Under the pieces are notes generated by a model. That model worked only from the letters and a program-made list of their open reading frames with translations, was not told the DNA's origin and did no database searches. This document shows positions 48,661-59,100 of a DNA stretch of 64,000 nucleotides, piece after piece. The DNA comes from Perkinsela sp. CCAP 1560/9 (taxonomy: Eukaryota; Protista; Euglenozoa: Kinetoplastea): contig CBFFSA010000041.1 of assembly GCA_965644495.1 (NCBI GenBank), forward strand, positions 1 through 64,000, in the 5' to 3' direction. The translations under genes were made by a program, and so were the position numbers. Numbering within the stretch: the stretch's first letter is position 1; the number at the start of each line of letters is the position of its first letter.

Positions 48661-51600
48661 TCCAATCCAATCCAATCCAAAATACCGACAAAGTCGGCTA
48701 AAATACTTAGCACTTTCACATCAAACACTTCCATCTCTATCACCTCCAAATTCAGAGTTTTTGTGCCTCCAATACTAGAGCACACAAACCGCATAAAGTA
48801 ATGGAATATAAAAACTTCCTCAAGGCATATTCTAGCACACGTACGGAGATACACAGCAAGCACTCACACTTACTTTGGTGTCCCCCTTCCACCGCCAGTT
48901 CTCGTAACTTTCTGGCGAATAACAACTCTTTCCTCTGCCTCACGTTTAGGCGCGGATGAGGCTTTCACTGCACGCTGACTTTTCGCGTTTCGTTTTGCAA
49001 ACTGCTGAGCAGTGGTTTGCGAATTTGAAGACTTTCTTCTCTTTATTTCAGGTTCGCTTACTTTCTTTCTAGATGCAGACAATGCGAGCGAGTCTGCTGC
49101 CTCGTTCCAAGGATTTCCCGAGTGAGATTTAACTTTACACATGTATATTTGTACCCCTTGACCCTTCAACGCGCGTAATTTATGGTCGATTTGATCCATC
49201 AAGTCTCCATTTGCAATTCCGATGTAGCCTACAACGCGAAAACGTGATCTTAAACTGTGAAAATATTGCCAAACGTAACAAGAATCAGTATGAAAAACGC
49301 AAGAGAGTGATCCTTCTGGAATTTTCGAAATAGCCTCACGAAATGCTAATAATTCGGCCCTCTCACTTGTTCCCACCTCCAACGGAATAGAGTAGTAATC
49401 AGGGTCACCCTTAATTTTCAAGAAAACAACACCAGCACCGCTACGCACCGTTTGTGTTCCGCGCAAAACTCTCACTGAACCATCCGTGTAGAAATGTATA
49501 GATTTAAGTTTGGGGAATGGCACGCTAGATTCTTCAATGAATTGTAGCTCTTTATAACTCTTGTTCTTGATAGCTGTGGCTTTCAATGCTTTCCATTTTT
49601 TTGTAGTAGCACGCTCGTAGTCAACCACTGGCTCAAGTGAAAGTTTTAGCTTTTCGGTGAGACGAAACCAATGTTCTCGATCTGTAGCATAAACCAATGC
49701 CTCTTCTAAAGTTATACCCAAGTCTGAAATACATGCTTCGCTTGGAGAAGGACGTCTCGAATTAGATTTATGTCTCCATTGCACCAGCTCTCGATAGTTC
49801 GAAGAATGTCTCAGCATGTGTCCGGTAAGTTTGGCTCTCTGAACTTTGTGAATGGTGGAAAATCGTGATGTATTTACGTAGAGAGAGTCTGTAGGATAGC
49901 AAAAACCATACTCGTCCAATTTGTTGCACTGAGATGCGATTCTTCTCATCGTATTAATTTCGACATCAATCGAACGCAACATTTTTTGAGAAATGTGCAA
50001 TGCGCCTGAACCAAAGTTCAGAATAGGGTATATAAGCACGTCGTATAGTCTGAGTTTAAGATGAGAGCTTAAAGATGAAATCCATATTCCTCGCATGCGG
50101 GCAAATGAGGACCAAGCAAGTTTCAAACGATCTTTGATTGTAGATGATGTTTCATTGTCTTGAAGATGCCCTAGATGTCGATACGAATCTACTCTAGGTA
50201 CCTTTTCCAGTTCTTTTGTCTGGAGATTCTTATTTGAGCCGGCAACCTTACCGAAAGGTATCCATGCGGTTTTTGTAACACCTACAGCTATCTTTAGGTT
50301 CGCCAAGGAAGCATCCTTTGACGTTTCGTCAATCATTTCCTGGAGACCTTCCTTTGTATCACTGAACAATACAATGTCATCTGCAAAATCAATATCAGAA
50401 ATTCGTTTTTCCTGTAGGTTCCGTTTTCTTGTCCCGCTTGAACTCAAAAGTAATCCGCGATTTTCCAGGTCCAGCGACTTATTAAGAATGCGATCCATAA
50501 CCATCACGAAAAGGTAAGGGGCCAACACATCCCCTTGGAGTATTCCTGTAGTTATCGGAAAAGAATCTGTGATACCAAAAGGTGTGCGGACTACTCCTTT
50601 CAGATTTGAGTACAATGACATGATCATTTCGGATAGACGAACGCCCACGTGAAATGCTTTCAGACTCGCTTTTATCGCAGCGAAAGATACAGATGGGAAT
50701 GCCTTTGCGAAATCAATGAACGCTACACAAACACCTTTATTCCGAAATGCCTTGGACTTTATTTCATTCATGATTGTTTGCGCACCAGCGGTAGATCTAT
50801 TTTGACGAAAACCGTATTGATTGTCTCGAAGAAGTGGTTCAACGCTGGGGCGGATGCGAGTAAGAATCATAAAATTCATCAGCTTGACTATACTGTTTAC
50901 AAGGCAAATAGGGCGCCAGTTTGAAAGCTGCGATAAATCCCCTTTCTTTGGAATAGGTATTTGAAGAATGACTTTCCATGATGCTTCGGTAACGCCTGTT
51001 TCATGCACTTCATTGATTAGCTCCAGCAATAAATCTCTAAAATCCTGATGTGTCGAAATTGCTTGTAAGGCCTCCATGGGAATACCGTCCCCCCCTGGGG
51101 CTCTATTCTTCCCGAAGTGCGAAAGCGAATAAAAGAGCTCCTCGGCAGTAAACTTGCCATCTGAAATTGGTATAAAGGGAAGATGTACTTCATTAAAAGA
51201 AATGTTGGGGTCTCCCCGATCGTACCCTGTGAAATTCATAAAGTGCTTACGTACCTCTTGGAGCTTATTTTTCTTTGCATTACCAGGCGTAGTGAAGGAC
51301 ACGCGGTAGGTTCCGCACACTTGCCGTAGTGTTCTCCATGGGTTCGAGTGGTTTTTCTTAATACTTTTTTCGAGCTCTACACATTCATTGGTGATTTCCG
51401 TCTCGACTTCTGCTCTATGCTCCTTAACCAGGCTCTTAAAAGTTGCTATACTTTTACTCTGTTGGTATAACTCTCTAAGCCCATGAGCCATGGACTCTCG
51501 TGCGGGCTTTCTATCAGAATTCCGTTTTTGTGGTCTGTGGAGCTCTCTGGCTGCTTGTAGAATGCATTTTGAGAGAGCTGTCCACTTGGTTGGTGCATCG

Positions 51601-54078
51601 CTATTTTGCTCATATTTCTTATGCACATTCTTGACGTACTCCGCTCGTTTTGTTTCATCACGAAGTTGAAACCAAGGAATGATTTTTGATGCCTTTGAAG
51701 TACTTGATTTCCACTTGATTTTTACGAGCGCTTGTTCACAGCAGTGCGTTGTGGGAATAGGTGCCATAATAACTTTATGACGTTGTATTGCAGAAGCAAA
51801 TCTGTTGCAAATACATATGTGATCCAATTGCCGCAAGACTCTCTTTGGCTTCTTGACGTTCGTTTGTTTTTCACTCTTTGGTGTGTTGTTTGGCAATTCG
51901 CATGTCCATGTTCGGCTGCTTGGACAGAGAGCATGAGCAGATTTGCATCCGATTGAACACAATAATCCCTTGAAACGTGCAATTGCATGTGGATCTAAAT
52001 CCTTATTGGTCAAAAGTGTAAGTGGTGAGTTAAAGTCACCTAGAACGAAGAGAGGTCTGTGTAAATTGTTCTCCCGAATTCCTGCGCAGCAGGATTCTAC
52101 ATCCCCATGGAACTCTGTAATCTCTGTCTCGGCAGAGTCTCTAGTAGGAGAATAAACGTTGACAATGTGTCCAACTCCGTCCTCCATTTCAAATTCGCTT
52201 ACCATGATTCGCTCAGTCAGTTTTGAAACATTAATCAGTGGAGTGCTGCTAATAACACCCATTCCATTATATGCGTCTTTAGCGCGAGCCGATGTGAGGT
52301 AAAGATGATAATCCGTTTTCCGGTAACGTACTTTGCGATGTAGGACTTCAGCCATTTCGGTAGATGAAAACCTGTAGCGCGTCTCCTGCATACATAGTAT
52401 ATGAACTCCTTTCCGATTCATAAAACCAATCACCTCATACAGATGAGCACTTTTTCGTAGAGAAAATTCATCATCACCCTTCAGCTTTAGAGTAGTCACG
52501 TTTAATGTTGCAATGCTGAGCATTTTCTTCACAGCGAGGTCTCTTGGACCCTCCGAGTCGCGTAGAAAACGTTTGCCAGACTGTTTCCTCGATTTGCGAT
52601 GTCGCTTTTTCTTGCGACAGACATCCCTAGGCACTCGCAGACGTGCTGCACACAGTACTACTACTGGATTATAAGGCGGAAAAGGAAGTGTTTCACGCGG
52701 ACGTTGAGCATAGCGCACTCGCCAACGACCATCATTACGAGGATATCCTGCACGGAAAGGACTCCAACGTTCAACGACCCCCTCCCATAGCTTAAAATCT
52801 GATGTATTCTCGAGCCTCCATACAACTGCCAGTTCGCACCCAGAAGACATCTGCCGCGCTAGTTGGCGCAACGACCTCGCGCGGAGTTTAGCAGGCCTTG
52901 ATTTACCCACAGAAGGATAGAACAAAACCCCCCGATCAAGCGTGGAACGCGAGAGAAGATTCATGATTTCAGTGGACTCTCGTGGCCCGGACGCGTCCGC
53001 CATTTTATCAAATTAAATTAATAAAAAGGTTGATCTTAATAAAAAGGTTGATCTTAATAAAAAGGTTGATCTTAATAAAAAGGTTGATCTTAATAAAAAG
53101 GTTGATCTTAATAAAAAGGTTGATCTTAATAAAAAGGTTGATCTTAATAAAAAGGTTGATCTTAATAAAAAGGTTGATCTTAATAAAAAGGTTGATCTTA
53201 ATAAAAAGGTTGATCTTAATAAAAAGGTTGATCTTAATAAAAAGGTTGATCTTAATAAAAAGGTTGATCTTAATAAAAAGGTTGATCTTAATAAAAAGGT
53301 TGATCTTAATAAAAATGTTGATCTTAATAAAAAGGTTGATCTTAATAAAAAGGTTGATCTTAATAAAAAGGTTGATCTTAATAAAAAGGTTGATCTTAAT
53401 AAAAAGGTTGATCTTAATAAAAAGGTTGATCTTAATAAAAAGGTTGATCTTAATAAAAAGGTTGATCTTAATAAAAAGGTTGATCTTAATAAAAAGGTTG
53501 ATCTTAATAAAAAGGTTGATCTTAATAAAAAGGTTGATCTTAATAAAAAGGTTGATCTTAATAAAAAGGTTGATCTTAATAAAAAGGTTGATCTTAATAA
53601 AAAGGTTGATCTTAATAAAAAGGTTGATCTTAATAAAAAGGTTGATCTTAATAAAAAGGTTGATCTTAATAAAAAGGTTGATCTTAATAAAAAGGTTGAT
53701 CTTAATAAAAAGGTTGATCTTAATAAAAAGGTTGATCTTAATAAAAAGGTTGATCTTAATAAAAAGGTTGATCTTAATAAAAAGGTTGATCTTAATAAAA
53801 AGGTTGATCTTAATAAAAAGGTTGATCTTAATAAAAAGGTTGATCTTAATAAAAAGGTTGATCTTAATAAAAAGGTTGATCTTAATAAAAAGGTTGATCT
53901 TAATAAAAAGGTTGATCTTAATAAAAAGGTTGATCTTAATAAAAAGGTTGATCTTAATAAAAAGGTTGATCTTAATAAAAAGGTTGATCTTAATAAAAAG
54001 GTTGATCTTAATAAAAAGGTTGATCTTAATAAAAAGGTTGATCTTAATAAAAAGGTTGATCTTAATAAAAAGGTTGAT
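48661..54078 (-). mobile_element. APE-RT-RNase H element Z, full length, (TTGGA)n tail, 5' 18-bp array
   Basis: TSD TCCTGAAGGGGA(TC) at 48649-48662 and 54078-54091; (TCCAA)4 at 48661-48680. Confidence 0.93.
48870..53003 (-). CDS. Z polyprotein (1377 aa): N-terminal small domain, APE, RT, RNase H
   Basis: ATLNV, MQET, GDFNS, QLDHI; QGDVLAP, FADD; YTDGS..RAEL..HTDS..VKSHSGNPWNEAAD. Confidence 0.93.
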   Translation of the reverse strand: MADASGPRESTEIMNLLSRSTLDRGVLFYPSVGKSRPAKLRARSLRQLARQMSSGCELAVVWRLENTSDFKLWEGVVERWSPFRAGYPRNDGRWRVRYAQRPRETLPFPPYNPVVVLCAARLRVPRDVCRKKKRHRKSRKQSGKRFLRDSEGPRDLAVKKMLSIATLNVTTLKLKGDDEFSLRKSAHLYEVIGFMNRKGVHILCMQETRYRFSSTEMAEVLHRKVRYRKTDYHLYLTSARAKDAYNGMGVISSTPLINVSKLTERIMVSEFEMEDGVGHIVNVYSPTRDSAETEITEFHGDVESCCAGIRENNLHRPLFVLGDFNSPLTLLTNKDLDPHAIARFKGLLCSIGCKSAHALCPSSRTWTCELPNNTPKSEKQTNVKKPKRVLRQLDHICICNRFASAIQRHKVIMAPIPTTHCCEQALVKIKWKSSTSKASKIIPWFQLRDETKRAEYVKNVHKKYEQNSDAPTKWTALSKCILQAARELHRPQKRNSDRKPARESMAHGLRELYQQSKSIATFKSLVKEHRAEVETEITNECVELEKSIKKNHSNPWRTLRQVCGTYRVSFTTPGNAKKNKLQEVRKHFMNFTGYDRGDPNISFNEVHLPFIPISDGKFTAEELFYSLSHFGKNRAPGGDGIPMEALQAISTHQDFRDLLLELINEVHETGVTEASWKVILQIPIPKKGDLSQLSNWRPICLVNSIVKLMNFMILTRIRPSVEPLLRDNQYGFRQNRSTAGAQTIMNEIKSKAFRNKGVCVAFIDFAKAFPSVSFAAIKASLKAFHVGVRLSEMIMSLYSNLKGVVRTPFGITDSFPITTGILQGDVLAPYLFVMVMDRILNKSLDLENRGLLLSSSGTRKRNLQEKRISDIDFADDIVLFSDTKEGLQEMIDETSKDASLANLKIAVGVTKTAWIPFGKVAGSNKNLQTKELEKVPRVDSYRHLGHLQDNETSSTIKDRLKLAWSSFARMRGIWISSLSSHLKLRLYDVLIYPILNFGSGALHISQKMLRSIDVEINTMRRIASQCNKLDEYGFCYPTDSLYVNTSRFSTIHKVQRAKLTGHMLRHSSNYRELVQWRHKSNSRRPSPSEACISDLGITLEEALVYATDREHWFRLTEKLKLSLEPVVDYERATTKKWKALKATAIKNKSYKELQFIEESSVPFPKLKSIHFYTDGSVRVLRGTQTVRSGAGVVFLKIKGDPDYYSIPLEVGTSERAELLAFREAISKIPEGSLSCVFHTDSCYVWQYFHSLRSRFRVVGYIGIANGDLMDQIDHKLRALKGQGVQIYMCKVKSHSGNPWNEAADSLALSASRKKVSEPEIKRRKSSNSQTTAQQFAKRNAKSQRAVKASSAPKREAEERVVIRQKVTRTGGGRGTPK

Positions 54079-54079
54079 C
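53018..54079. repeat. 59 x 18-bp tandem array (TTAATAAAAAGGTTGATC) forming the 5' end of Z
   Basis: 1062 bp = 59 x 18; one variant unit near 53316; lies inside the TSDs. Confidence 0.97.
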
Positions 54080-55113
54080 CTGAAGGGGATCACGCACTCG
54101 TGTGCAAACATGGACAAGGTATAATAAACCGGCACAATTCCCTGGTTGAACATTTTTCCTCCTTCTGCGGGCATGCCTCTTTGGCACCCCAACGAGAGCA
54201 CAGTCTTGGCAATCGAGGTCCCGGAGGGGGGCTCACCAGGCCAGGCGATGTGTTTCTCCCCACGTATTCCAAGGCTAAAGGCATGGTCCTTGATTTTGCA
54301 GTTACCCACGCTCAGCAAACTAAATACACGGACAAAGTTCGTAACGCTAGCTGGGTAGCTGCAGGATCATTCGCCGAGCACTACGCCGCGGAAAAAAAGG
54401 TGCACCAACGGTTGGAGGCTGAGGAAGCAGGCCATGAATTCACAGCCATGGTGGTAGAGAGCTATGGCTCCTGGAGCGTGAGCGCAACGTCCGTTCTAAA
54501 GGGAGTCGGAAAGAGGCGGGCACAGGCCTCAAATGGGACCCTTACGGAAGAGCAGGCTACAAATAAATTGTATGCCGAATTGAATGTGACCCTCATGCGA
54601 GCACAAGCTCGTATGATGGTTACACGCATGGCTGTGCCCGACCCGAACGAGCCCATCACGGAAGGATAGTGTCGGACCCAACGGATCCTATGGTGGTGAC
54701 ATAGGCCACGGGTGCTGGTCGGGTCGACAGAGTCTATGCTCACGCCTAGCCCGCGAGGGCTAGGTACCCCAAGTGAGGTAGTACACGGGTAGTGAATCTC
54801 CTCCCCGTCGACCAGCATCCTGTTTCGCGACCGTGTCGCTGTCGACACAGGCCCGCGCCTGCGCCCTCCCATATAGCAAGGGAAGGGTTCACAAGTCAGG
54901 CCGTGGAGTGGTCGAAAGACCCGGTCCGGAACGCGCGAATGGATTGGGTCTGTATTGCTTGTTTTAGTTTTTACTGTTTCTTGTTTGTAGTATATACTTA
55001 GGGGAGATTAAATTGCTAGTTTTGGGCTGAGAAAAAACAAAAGGTACATCTGTGGAAACAAAAAGAATTGCTAATTTGATTGCTTGTTTTCAACTCAAAA
55101 AAAAAAAAAAAAA

Positions 55114-55317
55114 GACACGTGTGTTTCGTGGCCTCCACGTCTCCCACCCTCGTACGGCAACCAAAAGTATTTATTACTGCTAACGGGGTGGGAGCGGAGG
55201 TGCAGGACCATACGGGCCTGGGTGCATGCGGATCGGTGAGTGGGGTAGGGAGTGAGGGAAGGGAAGTACGAGAGGGCTAAGAGGAGTAGGTGTGGAAAGT
55301 AAAAAAAAAAAAAAAAA
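55114..55317 (+). other. Short G-rich poly(A)-terminated cassette
   Basis: Lies between two A-tracts; purine-rich end resembles the C/D/E 3' ends (AGTGAGGGAA). Confidence 0.55.
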
Positions 55318-55356
55318 ACTCTTTAACGATAAAGATACAGTTTCTGTACCTTGTTG
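55318..55356 (+). other. Longest SL-like copy, 39 nt: ACTCTTTAACGATAAAGATACAGTTTCTGTACCTTGTTG
   Basis: Length equals the canonical 39-nt mini-exon; first A is ambiguous with the poly(A). Confidence 0.8.
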
Positions 55357-56165
55357 AATTTTTTCTATTTCATCTCTTTCCGAGGTACGGGTTAATTTTT
55401 ATGTCTGGTATCATCCCCCCCGCAGACACACTTCCTCCCATAGACGACAACAGCGGAAATCCGGACCACGAAGCCGAAGCCATGGAGACGGACGACAAAT
55501 GCTTAGAAATTAATGGCAGAACTCACCGACCGGGGTCTTGGGACCAATTTAAAGGAAACGAACATTTAATCACGGGGACGAGCACATACCATGAAGACCT
55601 TTACACGACCCCCATCCCTCAGAATATTCCTGAAGATTGGATCCGCCGAACGAACGCGATCGTAGGTGGGGTTAATGAAACACCGGACACAGGTCACACG
55701 GAGGTCGAAAATGAAGAGATGCAACACTCCGCTGTTATCAGGCAAGTAACGCCAGCGAAGAAGACGAAAGAGGCTTTGAATGCTACACAGCATCTAAGTA
55801 CACCACTCAAAACTGCTCTATCCGCCCAAGCACGTAGCAATGAGGACATTAAAGGTCACTCCAAGAAAACCCCTACTCCACGGAGAAATAAGCTCATCCG
55901 ATACCGGGTAGACCCAGAGACACCTTCACTCTTGCATCCTTATGAACTTATTCCGGGTCCATCTCAAGAGCAACCAGGAAGAAGACACGAAACCCAGAAT
56001 ATTGAAAACGCTGGCGTTAGCCTCGCTGAGCCCAACTCATTGTCCCAAGGAAAGTCTGCCGCGCTCCGAGAGTGCCCGGCCCAGGGATGTTCATGGCGCA
56101 GTCCGTCGCATGGCGGATCCTGGCAAGCCTTCTATAACCATGTCGCATGCCGGCACGGTAACAGC

Positions 56166-59100
56166 ATCAACCTTTTTGTAAAATTTTGCAAAATGGCGGA
56201 TGCGTCCGGTGCGCAGGAGTCCACGCGCATTATGAATCTTCTTTTGCGTTCCACGCTTGATCGGGGGGACTTGTTTCGTCCTCACAAGGGCGGGAGGAGT
56301 CCTGCTAAGCTCCGCGCGAGGTCGTTGAGACAGTTGTTGCTGCGTATGGAAAAGGGGGCGAGGCTGGCAGTGGTGTGGAGATACGGGTATAGTGATGATT
56401 TGAAGTTGTGGGAGGGGGTCGTCGAACGATGGCTTGGCTTGTGGCGCATTCGATACACCGAGCGCCCGCGTGAAACACTTCCGTTTCCCCCTTTAAGTCC
56501 TTTGATCGTTCTCTGCGCTGCTCGTGTTTTCAAACCTTTTTCCCTGTCCAGCAGAAAAAAGCGACATCGCAAAAGTAGGGCATTGTCCGGCAAACGTGCT
56601 CTTCATGACTCGGAGGGTCCTAGAGGCCCCGCTGTGAAGGGAAAGCTTAACGTGGCAACCTTGAATGTGACTAGTCTAAAGCTAAAGGGTGAGGATGAGT
56701 TTAGTTTGAGAAAGTGCGGGCACCTGTATGAAGTACTTAATTTTATGAATATGAAAGGAATCAATATTCTGGGAATGCAGGAGACAAGGTACAGATTTTC
56801 GTCTTCTGAAAAGTCGGAGGTACTTTGCCGCAAAGTACAATACCAGAATTCGGAATATTTCTTCAACCTCATTACAGCTCGCGCGAAGGATGCGTACAAT
56901 GGAATGGGCATCGTAAGCTCAATGCCTATGTCCAAGGTATTTCGAGTAAGTGAAAGGATCATGGTTGGTGAATTTGAGATGGAAGACGGAGTTGGGACAG
57001 TTGTTAATGTTTATGCTCCTACAAGAGATTCTTCGGAACTCGCGCTATCAACATTTTACGGAGATTTAGAAAAGTGTTGCACAAAAGCATTAGAAAACAA
57101 TCTGCGACGCCCTCTTTTCGTGATAGGAGATTTCAACGCCCCCTTAACGCTTATATCAAACAAAGAAATGGACCCACTGGCTGTTGCTCGTCTCAAAGGT
57201 CTTTCCTGTGCTATGGGATGCAAATCCGCGCATAGTCTGTGCCCTAGTAGTAGGAAGTGGACGTGTGAGCTGCCAAACAAAACTTTGCGTCAATTGGATC
57301 ATATATTTATAAGCAGCCGATTCGCATCAGCCATTCAGCGCCACAAGGTCGTAAAGGCACCAGTTCCCACAACGCACTGCTGTGTAATTGCCAGTGTAAA
57401 AATTAAATGGAGAGCAGTAAACCCGAAAGCTGCAAATAATTATCTCTCTTGGGCCTTTCTTCGAAACAGTGAAAATCTTCAAGCATTTATTACCAAAGTT
57501 CACTCTCAATCTGAGAAGGGGGGTAATATCAAGCAAGGGTGGGAACGACTTTCGAACAGTATAATAACCGCCGCCAAAAATTTTAAGAAGCCACAAAAAC
57601 GTACGATAAACAGAGAACCTATTAAGCATGTGAAGATAAATAACCTGCGGGGCCTTTATCAGAGAAGCAGACAGAAGACTACGTTTAATGAGTTAATAAA
57701 AGAACATAAAAAAGATATTGAACAGACCATTTCGGAAGAATGCTTAGAACTTGAGAACAAGCTTCGCAAGAATCACTCAAATCCATGGAGAACTCTTCGG
57801 CAAATATGTGGACAATACCGTACTCAGTTCAATACAAATGGTGAGACGCGTGATATGAAACTACAAGCGATCCGTGAACATTTCTTAAAATTCAGTAATT
57901 ATGATGCAGGAGATCCAAATATCAGTTTCGACCCTATTCCACCATTATTCGTGCCGATCGAGGATGGCCCATTTATTGTTGAGGAGTTGACTTTGTCAGT
58001 GAAGCATTTTGGGAGAGGACGAGCACCCGGAAGCGACGGAATACCTATGGAGGCACTACAAGCTATCGCAAGTCACGAAGTTCTAAGAGAGCAGCTTTTA
58101 GGTATAATAAACAAAGTTTATGAGACCGGGTCTACGGATGAAGCTTGGCGAATGACACTCCAGATACCCATACCAAAGAAAGGGGATCTCACTGACATTT
58201 CAAACTGGAGGCCGATATGTGTGGTGAATAGCGTTGTTAAACTGATGAATCACATGATTCTTTCACGCATTCGGCCCAGCGTAGAAGGTTTCCTACGCGA
58301 TAATCAGTATGGGTTTCGGCCAAACAGATCTACAGCTGGCGCCCAAATCATTATGAACGAGGTTAAAACCAAGGCTTTTCGAAAAGACGGAATAATGGTA
58401 GCCTTTGTAGATTTTGCTAAAGCATTTCCCTCCGTATCCTTTGCTGCTATAAAAGCCTGCCTAAATGCTTTCCGAGTTGGCAATCGATTGTCCACCACAA
58501 TCTTGTCCATCTATCGCGACTTGAAAGGAACAGTTCGAACGCCGTTTGGTAATACTGAACCTTTTCCAATCACCACAGGGATTCTACAAGGGGATGTATT
58601 AGCTCCCTATCTATTCGTTATGGTGATGGACAGGATTCTACACAAGGCTCTCGACGACGGATCAGATGGTGTTCTTCTGAAATCTAGAGGTACACGAAAG
58701 CGAGGGTTAAACGAAAAACGACTGAGTGATATCGATTATGCCGACGACGTCGCGCTATTTAGTGATTCGAGGGAAGGTTTGCAAAATATGATAAACAGCG
58801 TTTCTCGGGAAGCAGTCAAAGCTAATCTACGACTTGCGGTTGGTCAAACGAAAACTGCATGGATGTCTTTTGGTAAAGTTGCACGTTCCGAAAACGACCC
58901 CGTCATCTACAACAACAACTTGGAGGTACCAAAGGTGGGGTCATACAGGCATCTGGGGCAACGTCAAGATCAAGATTTTTCTTCCACTGTAAAAGATCGA
59001 TTAAAGCTTGCATGGGGATCACTCCATCGTTTAAATGGAATTTGGTCTTCTCCTCTAAGTGAAGGGATGAAACTTCGACTTTATGATGCCTTAGTTTACC

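Larger units (their letters stand above)
45196..55113 (+). mobile_element. Family A copy 2, full length (SL 45196-45232; ORF 45275-48660 continuing ~54090-54669), interrupted by Z; poly(A) 55097-55113
   Basis: Removing Z and one TSD restores ...LPLGPEGDHALVCKHG...; LsmAD-like N-terminus. Confidence 0.92.

Noticed and set aside
53018-54079. CRISPR array or telomeric repeat
   Set aside because: No spacers and no cas genes; the unit is AT-rich, internal and enclosed by element TSDs.
52982-54318. 380-aa and 436-aa repetitive ORFs (LIKRLI / INLFIK)
   Set aside because: By-products of a stop-free 18-bp array; the same applies to the NKIYKL start of ORF 14180 and FLIVRP in ORF 18992.
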